From a bacterium (GTDB lineage: Bacteria > Patescibacteriota > Minisyncoccia > Phycocordibacterales > UBA2100), in NCBI GenBank assembly GCA_038128225.1, contig JAYPJF010000001.1:2155-66154 (forward strand): DNA of 64,000 nucleotides. Reading direction: 5' to 3'. The notes under the pieces were generated by a model. It saw only the letters and a list, made by a program, of their open reading frames with translations. It made no database searches and was not told the DNA's origin. Below are positions 47,160-55,850 of this stretch, one piece after another (positions within the stretch are counted from its first letter, which is position 1; every line of letters begins with the position of its first letter). Both the position numbers and the translations under genes were made by a program.

Positions 47160-47933
47160 TTAAGAACAATACAGGACCAACTCGTGCTTCTCCTTTGCCG
47201 AGAGCGACACATTCGTTTCCTTTCCCAAAAGAGTTGCGCCGTTAAGCGTTACATCACGAACATTTGACGGCAATCCAAATGTAAGTGTGACGGTAAGTAC
47301 TTTTATTGTAAGCGCGCTTCGCGATGTGCCATCTACATACACTGGCACCCCGGGAAGTTTGGCTTCCACTGAGCCACCGCTTACGAGCGCTTCCGATGGA
47401 AGTGACAGGCCCGGTAGTGAGACAGGAATTGAAGTTGAAGGATACATGGTAGGACATCCTTCATTACGAATAGTGACCTCCACTGATGTCTGCTGCAACG
47501 CAACAACACCGATCGCAACGATGGTAATGATACCCAGCGGACCTCTTGCGCCCTTGATAATGCGCCCCCAACGAGACGCGGTGTGTACCGGCTGCTCTCC
47601 CCCAGTATTCTGCAATTCCTCCTGCACGCGAGCAACTTCACTTTGAAGCTGTTTCCAACTTGTGATGAAAAGCAAAATATATTTCTTTCGCTTCTTCTCT
47701 TCCTCGGTATTCTCAGGCAAATGCTCTGCAGTAAGGTGGATAATCTCGCCACCCGAGAGCTTGTCCCACGCAGAAAGTGCCTCTTCGCATTTTTGTATCA
47801 TCTGATCAATGCGCGAATCAATACCTCGTATGAGGGTACATACTGATGCAAACTTCTCGCGTGTAGTCGTCGGCTCCACAAGGAGCGTGTGTGCTGCTTT
47901 GAGTCTACGGACTGAATCTTTGGCACTTAGCAT
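47160..47933 (-). CDS. Hypothetical protein (helical N-domain, TM, beta-rich C-domain)
   Basis: 257-aa ORF with a central hydrophobic segment. Confidence 0.7.
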   Translation of the reverse strand: MLSAKDSVRRLKAAHTLLVEPTTTREKFASVCTLIRGIDSRIDQMIQKCEEALSAWDKLSGGEIIHLTAEHLPENTEEEKKRKKYILLFITSWKQLQSEVARVQEELQNTGGEQPVHTASRWGRIIKGARGPLGIITIVAIGVVALQQTSVEVTIRNEGCPTMYPSTSIPVSLPGLSLPSEALVSGGSVEAKLPGVPVYVDGTSRSALTIKVLTVTLTFGLPSNVRDVTLNGATLLGKETNVSLSAKEKHELVLYCS

Positions 47934-47966
47934 GAGAAAAGTTTGATCGATTTAAATTCCTACATA

Positions 47967-48158
47967 TTACTGTCGCCCATTAACACAATACAAACATACT
48001 TTTTGATTTTCACGAGTCTTTACATACTTATTACCACATGAGCAAATTAAAATCACACTCTTAAGCGGCTTGTATTGGTACCCATTTGGTGGCGTGTGTT
48101 TTACTACATGACTTTCGATCACTTTTTCTTTTGCCTTGCCTTTTGTTTCGCGTGCCAT
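47967..48158 (-). CDS. Small basic zinc-ribbon-like protein
   Basis: CSC..CLYC; starts 2 nt after the DEAD helicase stop. Confidence 0.65.
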   Translation of the reverse strand: MARETKGKAKEKVIESHVVKHTPPNGYQYKPLKSVILICSCGNKYVKTRENQKVCLYCVNGRQ

Positions 48159-48160
48159 AG

Positions 48161-49360
48161 TTATTCTACAAAGGTAAGTGCTTTGCCTACCGAACCCGCT
48201 CGGCCGGTGCGCCCAATACGGTGTACATAATCTTCATAACTTTCAGGAACATCGTAGTTGATAACGTGAGACACTTGGGGAATATCAAGGCCGCGCGCCG
48301 CAACATCAGTTGCTACGAGTATCGTCACCGCGTTTTCCTTAAAAAGTTTCAGCGCGCGTTGGCGTTGATTGTGATTTTTATTGCCATGAATTGATTCGGC
48401 TTTAAACCCCAGTTCACGTAAGTCTTTCGAGAGGCGTTCGACGCCGTGTTTTGTGCGGCCGAACACGAGTACTTTATTGAACTCGGGAAGCACAAGTAGT
48501 TCTCGAAGGTATTCGATTTTTTGTTTGCCATTTCCAATCCTTACCACATCTTGGTCAACGCTTTGCGCCGTGTCGCGTGTCTTTACGGAGACGCGCGTTG
48601 GATTGTTAAGAAAATCTCCAATGAGGCGCTCAATATCGGCAGATAGCGTTGCTGAGAAAAAGAGCGTTTGCCGTGTAGAGTTCATTTTTCCCAAAATAAG
48701 GCGCATGTCGTTAATGAACCCCATATCGAGCATACGATCAGCCTCGTCTAAAACTACGGTGGAGAAGCGTGAGAGATCAAGTTCGCGCCGCTCAATCACA
48801 TCTTTGAGACGTCCGGGAGTACCGATGACAAAATGTGGGCCCCGGCGAAGGGTGCGGATTTGCGGCATGATATTTGCACCACCAACCACACACACCGAAT
48901 GGATGTTTAATGCCCCGGCAAGTACGCGGCATTCAGTGTCGATCTGCAGCGCAAGCTCTCGCGTCGGCACCATAATAAGCACCCGCTCAGTTCTGTTTTC
49001 AATTACTTTATGCAAAAGCGGAATAAGGAAAGCGCTTGTTTTTCCAGTACCCGTATTTGCAATACCGACTACGTCTTCCCCACGCAACACATGAGGGATC
49101 GCCTTATCTTGAATCGGTGTTGGCGACACAAAGCCTTTTTGTGCAATGTTCTTCTTGAGCCGAAGATCGATCGGAAAATCATTGAACTGATGCGCGGGCA
49201 AGAAAGGCTCCACCGCCTCAGCGGCCACTGCCTTGTTTACAAACTTTGAGAAATGTATGGAGTTCCCGCCGCGACTGCGTCGTTTATGAGCAGAATGCCC
49301 GCTGCGGCGGTTGAAAGGGCGTCCCGAACGCCGCGATCGATGTAATGGAAATTGCGTCAT
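48161..49360 (-). CDS. DEAD-box RNA helicase
   Basis: Q motif PTPIQ, TGTGKT, PTREL, TPGR, DEAD, SAT, ARGLD, HRIGRTGR. Confidence 0.96.
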   Translation of the reverse strand: MTQFPLHRSRRSGRPFNRRSGHSAHKRRSRGGNSIHFSKFVNKAVAAEAVEPFLPAHQFNDFPIDLRLKKNIAQKGFVSPTPIQDKAIPHVLRGEDVVGIANTGTGKTSAFLIPLLHKVIENRTERVLIMVPTRELALQIDTECRVLAGALNIHSVCVVGGANIMPQIRTLRRGPHFVIGTPGRLKDVIERRELDLSRFSTVVLDEADRMLDMGFINDMRLILGKMNSTRQTLFFSATLSADIERLIGDFLNNPTRVSVKTRDTAQSVDQDVVRIGNGKQKIEYLRELLVLPEFNKVLVFGRTKHGVERLSKDLRELGFKAESIHGNKNHNQRQRALKLFKENAVTILVATDVAARGLDIPQVSHVINYDVPESYEDYVHRIGRTGRAGSVGKALTFVE

Positions 49361-49513
49361 ACTAATTATGCGCTGAGAGATGGTTGCTCTCATACAACGC
49401 TCTCGAGTATTTTGCTACGAAGATCGCATATAAACAAAAGCGATCTTGAGAAGGTTGGTGGAACAATAATAACAGGGATTTCCTTTTTGTCAATTTACTG
49501 CTATACTCGCCCT

Positions 49514-50221
49514 ATGGAACCTTCTGAATTCCCGATGCGAATCAATAAATACCTCGCCCATCAAAAAGTCGCGACGCGACGCGACGCGGATAAACTCATT
49601 GAGGCAAAAAAAGTGTACATCAACGAGCGTATCGCCGTTTTGGGAGACAAAGTCCAGATTGGCGATAAAGTCGAAGTGCGCACAACGCGAAAAAGAGCGC
49701 ATCGTTATTTTGCATACAATAAGCCAAAAGGTGTCATAACCCACTCGCCGCAACAAGGCGAAAAGGAAGTGGCTGACGACATGCCGATTCCAGGCGTCTT
49801 CCCTGTAGGTCGTCTTGATAAGGACTCGTATGGCCTTTTGATTCTTACTGACGACGGTCGTCTCGTTGACGCTCTCCTTAACCCCGAACATGAACATGAA
49901 AAAGAATACGTAGTAGCGGTTAAAGAACCTGTGCGAAAAAGTTTTAAAGGTTATCTTGAGCAAGGAATTGACATCGAGGGTTATACGACTAAACCTTGTA
50001 CCGTGACCATGCGCTCCCCTCGCTCTTTTTCCATCACTCTCACCGAAGGTAAAAAGCATCAAATACGCCGCATGGTTTCAGCGCTCCACAATGTGGTCAC
50101 TGATTTGAAGCGCGTACGCATCATGAATATCGAACTCGGAAAACTGAAATCTGGTGAACACCGTCCAATCGAAAGTGCGGAGCTTGCAAAACTTCTTTCG
50201 TCGCTTGGTATACCTCACTAA
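49514..50221 (+). CDS. RsuA/RluB/RluF-family pseudouridine synthase
   Basis: S4 domain RINKYLA, NKPKG, VGRLDKDS, EKEY, EGKKHQIRRM. Confidence 0.94.
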   Translation: MEPSEFPMRINKYLAHQKVATRRDADKLIEAKKVYINERIAVLGDKVQIGDKVEVRTTRKRAHRYFAYNKPKGVITHSPQQGEKEVADDMPIPGVFPVGRLDKDSYGLLILTDDGRLVDALLNPEHEHEKEYVVAVKEPVRKSFKGYLEQGIDIEGYTTKPCTVTMRSPRSFSITLTEGKKHQIRRMVSALHNVVTDLKRVRIMNIELGKLKSGEHRPIESAELAKLLSSLGIPH

Positions 50222-50727
50222 AACTTCCTGCTGTCGTATGCCCAATGCAAAAGCGCTTGTCGTTGTTTAGTGTGGCATGCAAAATCTCCCTTCCTGCAAT
50301 TTTTTTGAACTTGTGCGATATGCCGCCGCATCGCACGCCACCGCTTTATTTGCCGATCGTCCTCGCCAGAAATTCGTCTCCCCATGTAGTATCGACAATA
50401 CCATTGAAACCATCCGCGCGGATCGTCCTTGTATATCCAACCGTTATTGCGCCATATCTGCAGCGGCTGTGATGCGAGTATTTGAAAATAATTCAATTCT
50501 GCGTGAGTTTTTTTATCTTTTGTAAGTTTCGCTTTTACAAACCACGAACGCGGAAACTCCTTAGGCTGATCACTCATATAGAGGCCGCCAAAGACACCAA
50601 GCTGAAGCATTTCTTTTGGCGTGAGGTCGGGTTGAAAACGCGGATCGAACTCTCTGCCTACAGGTTTGGTCCTACTGTACCGATACTTTTTTTGAAACCG
50701 ATCACTGACCGTAACTAACTCTCCCAT
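50218..50727 (-). CDS. Conserved hypothetical aromatic-rich protein
   Basis: LTPKEML..GVFGG, DPRGWFQWYCRYY.GRR, DDRQIKRW, RQALLHW. Confidence 0.8.
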   Translation of the reverse strand: MGELVTVSDRFQKKYRYSRTKPVGREFDPRFQPDLTPKEMLQLGVFGGLYMSDQPKEFPRSWFVKAKLTKDKKTHAELNYFQILASQPLQIWRNNGWIYKDDPRGWFQWYCRYYMGRRISGEDDRQIKRWRAMRRHIAQVQKNCRKGDFACHTKQRQALLHWAYDSRKF

Positions 50728-50728
50728 G

Positions 50729-50893
50729 TTACAAAAGTGAACTAAAGTGTGCCCCTAGGTAGTATGGCCAGATGATAATCGCGTATATGCTCTGCAAAAA
50801 GGTAAGTTGCAGGTACCCTATAGTGAAAAGCCAGCCCACAAACCATACGCCACCGGAAAATGTATGGTTTTCTATTTTTACTTTGTCGCTCAT
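50729..50893 (-). CDS. Small membrane protein
   Basis: GGVWFVGWLFTIGY..IIWPYYLG; tightly packed with neighbours. Confidence 0.7.
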   Translation of the reverse strand: MSDKVKIENHTFSGGVWFVGWLFTIGYLQLTFLQSIYAIIIWPYYLGAHFSSLL

Positions 50894-50916
50894 ACGTTTT
50901 TTTGTTTGTGCGGTTG

Positions 50917-51156
50917 CTATGCTTTTTTCCAACGGGGGGCAAACCGAATCATGAAAGTCGCAAACCAACGAAAGAGCACGTTTTCGCCACGCGCTTTCAT
51001 GCTCTCGTTCACGATGTGTTGGAATTCCTTGAGATCATTCCCTTGGTACATAAGCTGTCCATTTCTAAAACAGAGCGAACAATACTGATCCGACTCGCGC
51101 ACACCTGGGTCCTTGTTAAAAGGCATCAAGCAGCTTTCACACATCTTATTTGTCAT
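50917..51156 (-). CDS. Zinc-ribbon domain protein
   Basis: CESCLMP..YCSLC..PRWK; TATAAT-N6-ATG. Confidence 0.82.
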   Translation of the reverse strand: MTNKMCESCLMPFNKDPGVRESDQYCSLCFRNGQLMYQGNDLKEFQHIVNESMKARGENVLFRWFATFMIRFAPRWKKA

Positions 51157-51255
51157 GTTTCTATTATACAACAACGCATTATGTAAGAACGATGTACTTT
51201 GTGCGTCATTTTTGAGAGAATGTTCTTTCGTTTACGAAACCTAACAATAAAAACC

Positions 51256-51657
51256 ATGGCCATAGCTGTACTTATCCTCGCGTTCATAATTAGTGGTGGC
51301 GTTTCGTTTGCCGCAGAAAAAAGCTTGCCTGGAAACCCGCTTTACATTGTTAAAACAACGGTGAATGAAAACGTGCGCTCTGTGCTCGCATACTCTCCTG
51401 AGGCGAACGCTGCGTGGCAAGCTGAAGCAGCAGAGCGTAGAATGCACGAACTCGTTACTCTTTCCGAGCACGGAGACCTCACCCCCGCTATCGCCGCGCG
51501 CCTGCGTGTTAAATTCGAGGATCGCGCGACCGCTGCAGTCGAAGCCGCTGCTGAACTTGCGGAAAACGGTGACGTTGCCACGTCGCAAGCCATTGCATCA
51601 AAACTTGAAAGTATGATGACTGAGTATACGCGCATGCCGGTTAACAGCATACAGTAA
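51256..51657 (+). CDS. DUF5667-like secreted helical protein
   Basis: AEKSLPGNPLYIVK..NE..AERR..E; start uncertain (51220 possible). Confidence 0.78.
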   Translation: MAIAVLILAFIISGGVSFAAEKSLPGNPLYIVKTTVNENVRSVLAYSPEANAAWQAEAAERRMHELVTLSEHGDLTPAIAARLRVKFEDRATAAVEAAAELAENGDVATSQAIASKLESMMTEYTRMPVNSIQ

Positions 51658-51703
51658 ATCTCCTCGCCTCGTAGAGACAGTTCGTTCCACGTCGCAGCAG
51701 AGT

Positions 51704-52609
51704 TTATTTTGCGCTCTTTACTACTTGCTCCAACGTCGCAATATCAAATTTTTTCATTTTCAAAAATGCTTGCGTAAGACGATTGAGTGCCGCCTTGTCT
51801 GTTGTATGCATCCATGTATCCATTGCGCGAGGCACAATCTGCCATGAAACTCCGTATGCATCCTTAAGCCACCCGCACTGTTCTGCTTCCGGCACCGCAG
51901 ATAACTTTTCCCAATAGTAGTCAATTTCTTTTTGAGAATCGCATTTAACTACCAAAGAAACCGCTTCATTAAAAGCAAACGCGTGTTTTTGTGCACTGTC
52001 CATTGCCGCAAACTGTTGTTCGCCCAATGCAAAACCGCCGTGCTTGATAGTGCCTTCTCGTTCTGGTACCTCATCCGCACCATACCTAAGCTGATATGTT
52101 ATTTTTGACTGCGGAAAAACAGACGTGTACATGATCATCGCTTCCTCAGCTTTCCCGCTTACGTCTCCCACAAACATCAATGTTGGCACGATACGTTGCA
52201 CAACCGACTGCCCTCCCATATACATGATCTGCCACGAAAGACCGTACGCATCTTGAATCCACCCGTAACGCTCACTAAATGGATATGCTCCAATGTCCAT
52301 GAGCGGTGTTCCTCCTTGAATTAACTTTTGCCAAAGGGCATCAACATCTTCTTTGGTTTCGCACCCCACCAAAAATGAAATCGACGGGTTGAATTTGAAG
52401 TAAGGACCTGCGCTGATGAGCATGAATTCCTGCCCATACAACTGCATGGTGAGTATTTCGGCATCACCAGACGGAGTGCCCTCAAGAATCTGAGACCCCG
52501 TAATCACCGATTTACCACTCGAAGCGGCGTCCACAAACGTCTGAGTGTAAAACTCTGCTGCCTCTCGCGCTTGGGTGTCAAACCACAAGTGAGGGACAAT
52601 TTTTTGCAT
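51704..52609 (-). CDS. Tandem PhnB-like VOC family protein (3-demethylubiquinone-9 3-methyltransferase domain x2)
   Basis: IVPHLWFD..AEFY, FNPSISF, GWIQDAYGLSWQI; repeated as FNEAVSL, CGWLKDAYGVSWQI. Confidence 0.9.
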   Translation of the reverse strand: MQKIVPHLWFDTQAREAAEFYTQTFVDAASSGKSVITGSQILEGTPSGDAEILTMQLYGQEFMLISAGPYFKFNPSISFLVGCETKEDVDALWQKLIQGGTPLMDIGAYPFSERYGWIQDAYGLSWQIMYMGGQSVVQRIVPTLMFVGDVSGKAEEAMIMYTSVFPQSKITYQLRYGADEVPEREGTIKHGGFALGEQQFAAMDSAQKHAFAFNEAVSLVVKCDSQKEIDYYWEKLSAVPEAEQCGWLKDAYGVSWQIVPRAMDTWMHTTDKAALNRLTQAFLKMKKFDIATLEQVVKSAK

Positions 52610-52610
52610 A

Positions 52611-53042
52611 CTACTGTTTGTCGACATTCACCATCCAATTAACGCCAAATTTGTCGCGAACCATCCCAAAATATGCGCCCCAAAACATTTCTTGATACGG
52701 AAGCGTGACGGTTCCTCCATCGGCAAGCGCGTTAAGTAGTCGCTCACCTTCTTCTTTCGACTCTGGATGCAGTGACAAGCTTACATTGTCACCCATGGTG
52801 AGTGTCTGCCCCATCGAAGGCATCGCATCAGTGCCCATGAGCGTGTTTTCACCAACAGGCAACGAAACGTGCATAACTTTTTGAAGATCTTCTTCACTCA
52901 TTTGGTCTTTGTTGGGTAAGTCGGGTACATCTTTAAATCGCTGTATACCTCCTCTCTCATACTCACCTCCAAACACTGACTTATAGAACTCAAAAGCTTC
53001 TTCAGTCTGGCCCATAAAATTTAGATATGGATTCAGTTTCAT
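52611..53042 (-). CDS. PhnB-like VOC family protein
   Basis: LNPYLNF..AFEFYKSVFGG..VMH..FWGAYFG..DKFGVNWM. Confidence 0.92.
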   Translation of the reverse strand: MKLNPYLNFMGQTEEAFEFYKSVFGGEYERGGIQRFKDVPDLPNKDQMSEEDLQKVMHVSLPVGENTLMGTDAMPSMGQTLTMGDNVSLSLHPESKEEGERLLNALADGGTVTLPYQEMFWGAYFGMVRDKFGVNWMVNVDKQ

Positions 53043-53064
53043 ACGAGTTGTTACTGCCCCCTGT

Positions 53065-53676
53065 TTATAATACCGCCCCATCAATACCCACTTGTCGTTT
53101 GTATTCCTCGATAACCTCAGGGTGTTGCCCTTCTTTGCATTCAGAAACAAACTTCGCAGCTGCAGCGCCATCAGGGAACGTCATGTACGCAAGCGCCCCT
53201 TCGCAAATAGTATTGATGTTCAATTTGGTACTCACATTTGGTGCCCCCGTACTTGTGCCGAGTATTCGCGTAACCGTGAATACTCCTTTCATGTCGTACT
53301 TTGCCCATTGATTAGAACTGAGCGCTTCTTTAATGACCACCGTACCCTCAGCGGTAATGTATTGGTCGTTCTCCAGCTGTGCGCGCTCTGTAGACGAAAG
53401 TTGAGCTGCGTCAACCGCGTAATATTCTCCGCCGTCGGTGCGTAGCCCAAAAGCACACTCTTCTGTTTGAGGACCGCTCTGATCTTTATGTGGCAAACAG
53501 GTAAATCTGCCCGCGAGCGTCACCGGACGCGGGGTGGGATCAAGATCAGTCGCCCCTGGCGTACCCGTACGCGTATCAGAATTTGTCTGTTGGGTCTGGG
53601 CCCATACCATATACCCTCCCCCGGCGAGGACAATAAGTAAAGCTACAACAACAAGTGGCGTGATGCGTGCATCCAT
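53065..53676 (-). CDS. Membrane-anchored hypothetical protein with two Cys pairs
   Basis: N-terminal TM; CLPHK..ECAFG; ICEGALAYM..ECKEG. Confidence 0.75.
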   Translation of the reverse strand: MDARITPLVVVALLIVLAGGGYMVWAQTQQTNSDTRTGTPGATDLDPTPRPVTLAGRFTCLPHKDQSGPQTEECAFGLRTDGGEYYAVDAAQLSSTERAQLENDQYITAEGTVVIKEALSSNQWAKYDMKGVFTVTRILGTSTGAPNVSTKLNINTICEGALAYMTFPDGAAAAKFVSECKEGQHPEVIEEYKRQVGIDGAVL

Positions 53677-53759
53677 ACACCGCATTATACATCCTCATTC
53701 ATAGAGATAGGATGAAGTGCGGGGGCGCGTTGCATTACTTTTTTTGATACTATGCGGGT

Positions 53760-55226
53760 ATGCGTTTCGTTTTACTTTTTGCTATCACGGCAGCGTTCCT
53801 TGTGCCGGTTACCACCCACGCGGCGCGTTCACTTTATTTAGGAGTGTCGGGAAGTGATGTTACAGCATTACAACAAGCTCTCATCGCGGAGAGTTATTTG
53901 GCTTCTGGAAAAGCAACAGGTTACTTTGGCCCACTTACCGAAACAGCGGTTAAAAAATTTCAGTGTGACCGTGAAGTGGTGTGTAGCGGAGAACAAGGAT
54001 ACGGTGTATATGGCCCAGCAACGCAGGCACGCATGGCTTCAGTGCGCGCCGCTTCTGACAATCCTTCAAGTATTGCTACGGGAGTGTTAACTCCACCCGC
54101 GCGAGGGCCTTTTGAAACTTCCGGCTGGATCCCGTACTGGCGTTCGGCAACAGGCACTCGCGACGTAAGCCAACACCTCACGTCACTCACAAGCGTCATG
54201 CCTTTTGTGTACACTGTGCGAAGCGACGGAACAATTGTAGACAATGGAAAACTCTCTGAAGAACCGTGGGCAAGTTTTATTATGGAGGCAAAGAAAAACA
54301 AAGTGCGCGTTGTCCCCACGATTATGTGGGGCGACGGCGAAGCTATTCACCGTATTCTAAGCAACACACCATCACGCATCAAACTCGAAGACGACATTGC
54401 CGCGCTCGTGAAGCAACACAACTTTGACGGAATCGATATAGACTTCGAGGCGAAAAAACATAAGACAATCTCTTACTTCTCGACATTCCTAAAAGGTCTT
54501 TACCAAAGAATGGGAAACAAGTGGGTATACTGCACTATTGAGGCACGTATGCCATTGGAGAATCGCTACAGCCCCGGTGCAACAATTCCACCTGACGCCA
54601 CTGACTTCGCAAATGATTACGTCGAAATGAACAAGTACTGCGATCGTATCGAGATCATGGCGTACGACCAAGGAACGATCGACGTGCGTCTTAACGCGGC
54701 GCGCAATGCGCCATACGCTCCTACAGCAGACCCTGCATGGGTTGAATCTCTTGTGACGCTCGCGGCACAAACTATCGAACGCAATAAAATCATCGTTGGT
54801 ATTCCTACGTACGGTTATGAATATAAAGTGACGCCACTTTCAGACGGAAGCTATCAGTACAAAGTGCTCTGGCCCTTCAACCCAGGATACGCTCTTGATA
54901 TCGCACAAAAACTCGGCATCACCCCAACGCGCACCAGCGCAAATGAAATCGGTTTCAGCTATGACCCTGACCGCCTTGCAACGCTTGCGCCAACGGGCAG
55001 CGACTCAACACAAACCCAGCAAGTGATCCCCTCATCTTCGGTTGTACACAACGCAGGAACTACGAGCGCAATCCAAAATCTCAAACCATTCAATTATATT
55101 TCGTGGAGTGACGCGACTGCAATTAAAGATAAAGTAGATATTGCACGGCGCCTTGGTGTACGCGGCGTTGCAGTATTTAAGTTTGACGGCAGCGGCGACC
55201 CGCTTGTATGGGACGTGTTGAAATAG
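53760..55226 (+). CDS. GH18 glycoside hydrolase with N-terminal peptidoglycan-binding domain
   Basis: Signal peptide; G.DV..LQ..L..TGYFG..T..AVKKFQ; FDGIDIDFE; MAYD. Confidence 0.9.
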   Translation: MRFVLLFAITAAFLVPVTTHAARSLYLGVSGSDVTALQQALIAESYLASGKATGYFGPLTETAVKKFQCDREVVCSGEQGYGVYGPATQARMASVRAASDNPSSIATGVLTPPARGPFETSGWIPYWRSATGTRDVSQHLTSLTSVMPFVYTVRSDGTIVDNGKLSEEPWASFIMEAKKNKVRVVPTIMWGDGEAIHRILSNTPSRIKLEDDIAALVKQHNFDGIDIDFEAKKHKTISYFSTFLKGLYQRMGNKWVYCTIEARMPLENRYSPGATIPPDATDFANDYVEMNKYCDRIEIMAYDQGTIDVRLNAARNAPYAPTADPAWVESLVTLAAQTIERNKIIVGIPTYGYEYKVTPLSDGSYQYKVLWPFNPGYALDIAQKLGITPTRTSANEIGFSYDPDRLATLAPTGSDSTQTQQVIPSSSVVHNAGTTSAIQNLKPFNYISWSDATAIKDKVDIARRLGVRGVAVFKFDGSGDPLVWDVLK

Positions 55227-55298
55227 TGTGCGCGGTTACAGTCGTGCCTCAGTCATACTAATGGCTATAACAAACCCTTGATCAAAACTTTCGTGCCA

Positions 55299-55688
55299 TC
55301 ACTTGAGGCGTACCAATATGCCCTTTCGCTTGACGATATTTTTGTAATCCCACTGAATCTTTTTTGATTTTTTAAGCCATCGTTTGAGATCCTTCACTCG
55401 TATTTCTTCAGGGTCCGTGTACCGTACTTCCGCAGCCTTAAAACTTCCTTCAGGCTCCAGACTCTTCTCTTCAAACGACTGCCCGCTCCAGAACAAAAGC
55501 TGAATATCATTTTTGCGCTTCGCGTAGCCAACAACTGGGTTTCCATCCAAAAACCAGACGGCAGTTCTATGCCACATTTTACTTTCGGCCTTAGGTAACC
55601 CTGCATCAATCTCCTTCGCCAAACAAGCGACAATTCTCTTATCCTTACCGGCAAGCGCTGTGTTATATGCCCGTATATCTTTGTGCAT
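55299..55688 (-). CDS. DUF1801 family protein
   Basis: ESKMWH..VWFLDGNPVVGY..LLFWSGQSF..QWDYKNIVKRKG. Confidence 0.88.
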   Translation of the reverse strand: MHKDIRAYNTALAGKDKRIVACLAKEIDAGLPKAESKMWHRTAVWFLDGNPVVGYAKRKNDIQLLFWSGQSFEEKSLEPEGSFKAAEVRYTDPEEIRVKDLKRWLKKSKKIQWDYKNIVKRKGILVRLK

Positions 55689-55850
55689 ACGGATAACTAT
55701 ATCAAAACCTACTGGAACGTAGGTCAGTCATTCAAAATCCTACAAGCCAGAAAAAAGCGTGGTCAAGCGGTGTTCACTGGTCGTTCAGAAAATCATGCTC
55801 TAATTCGTTACTTCGCGAGAGAAACGAAACTCGGCGGCGAAGCGTCCTTC

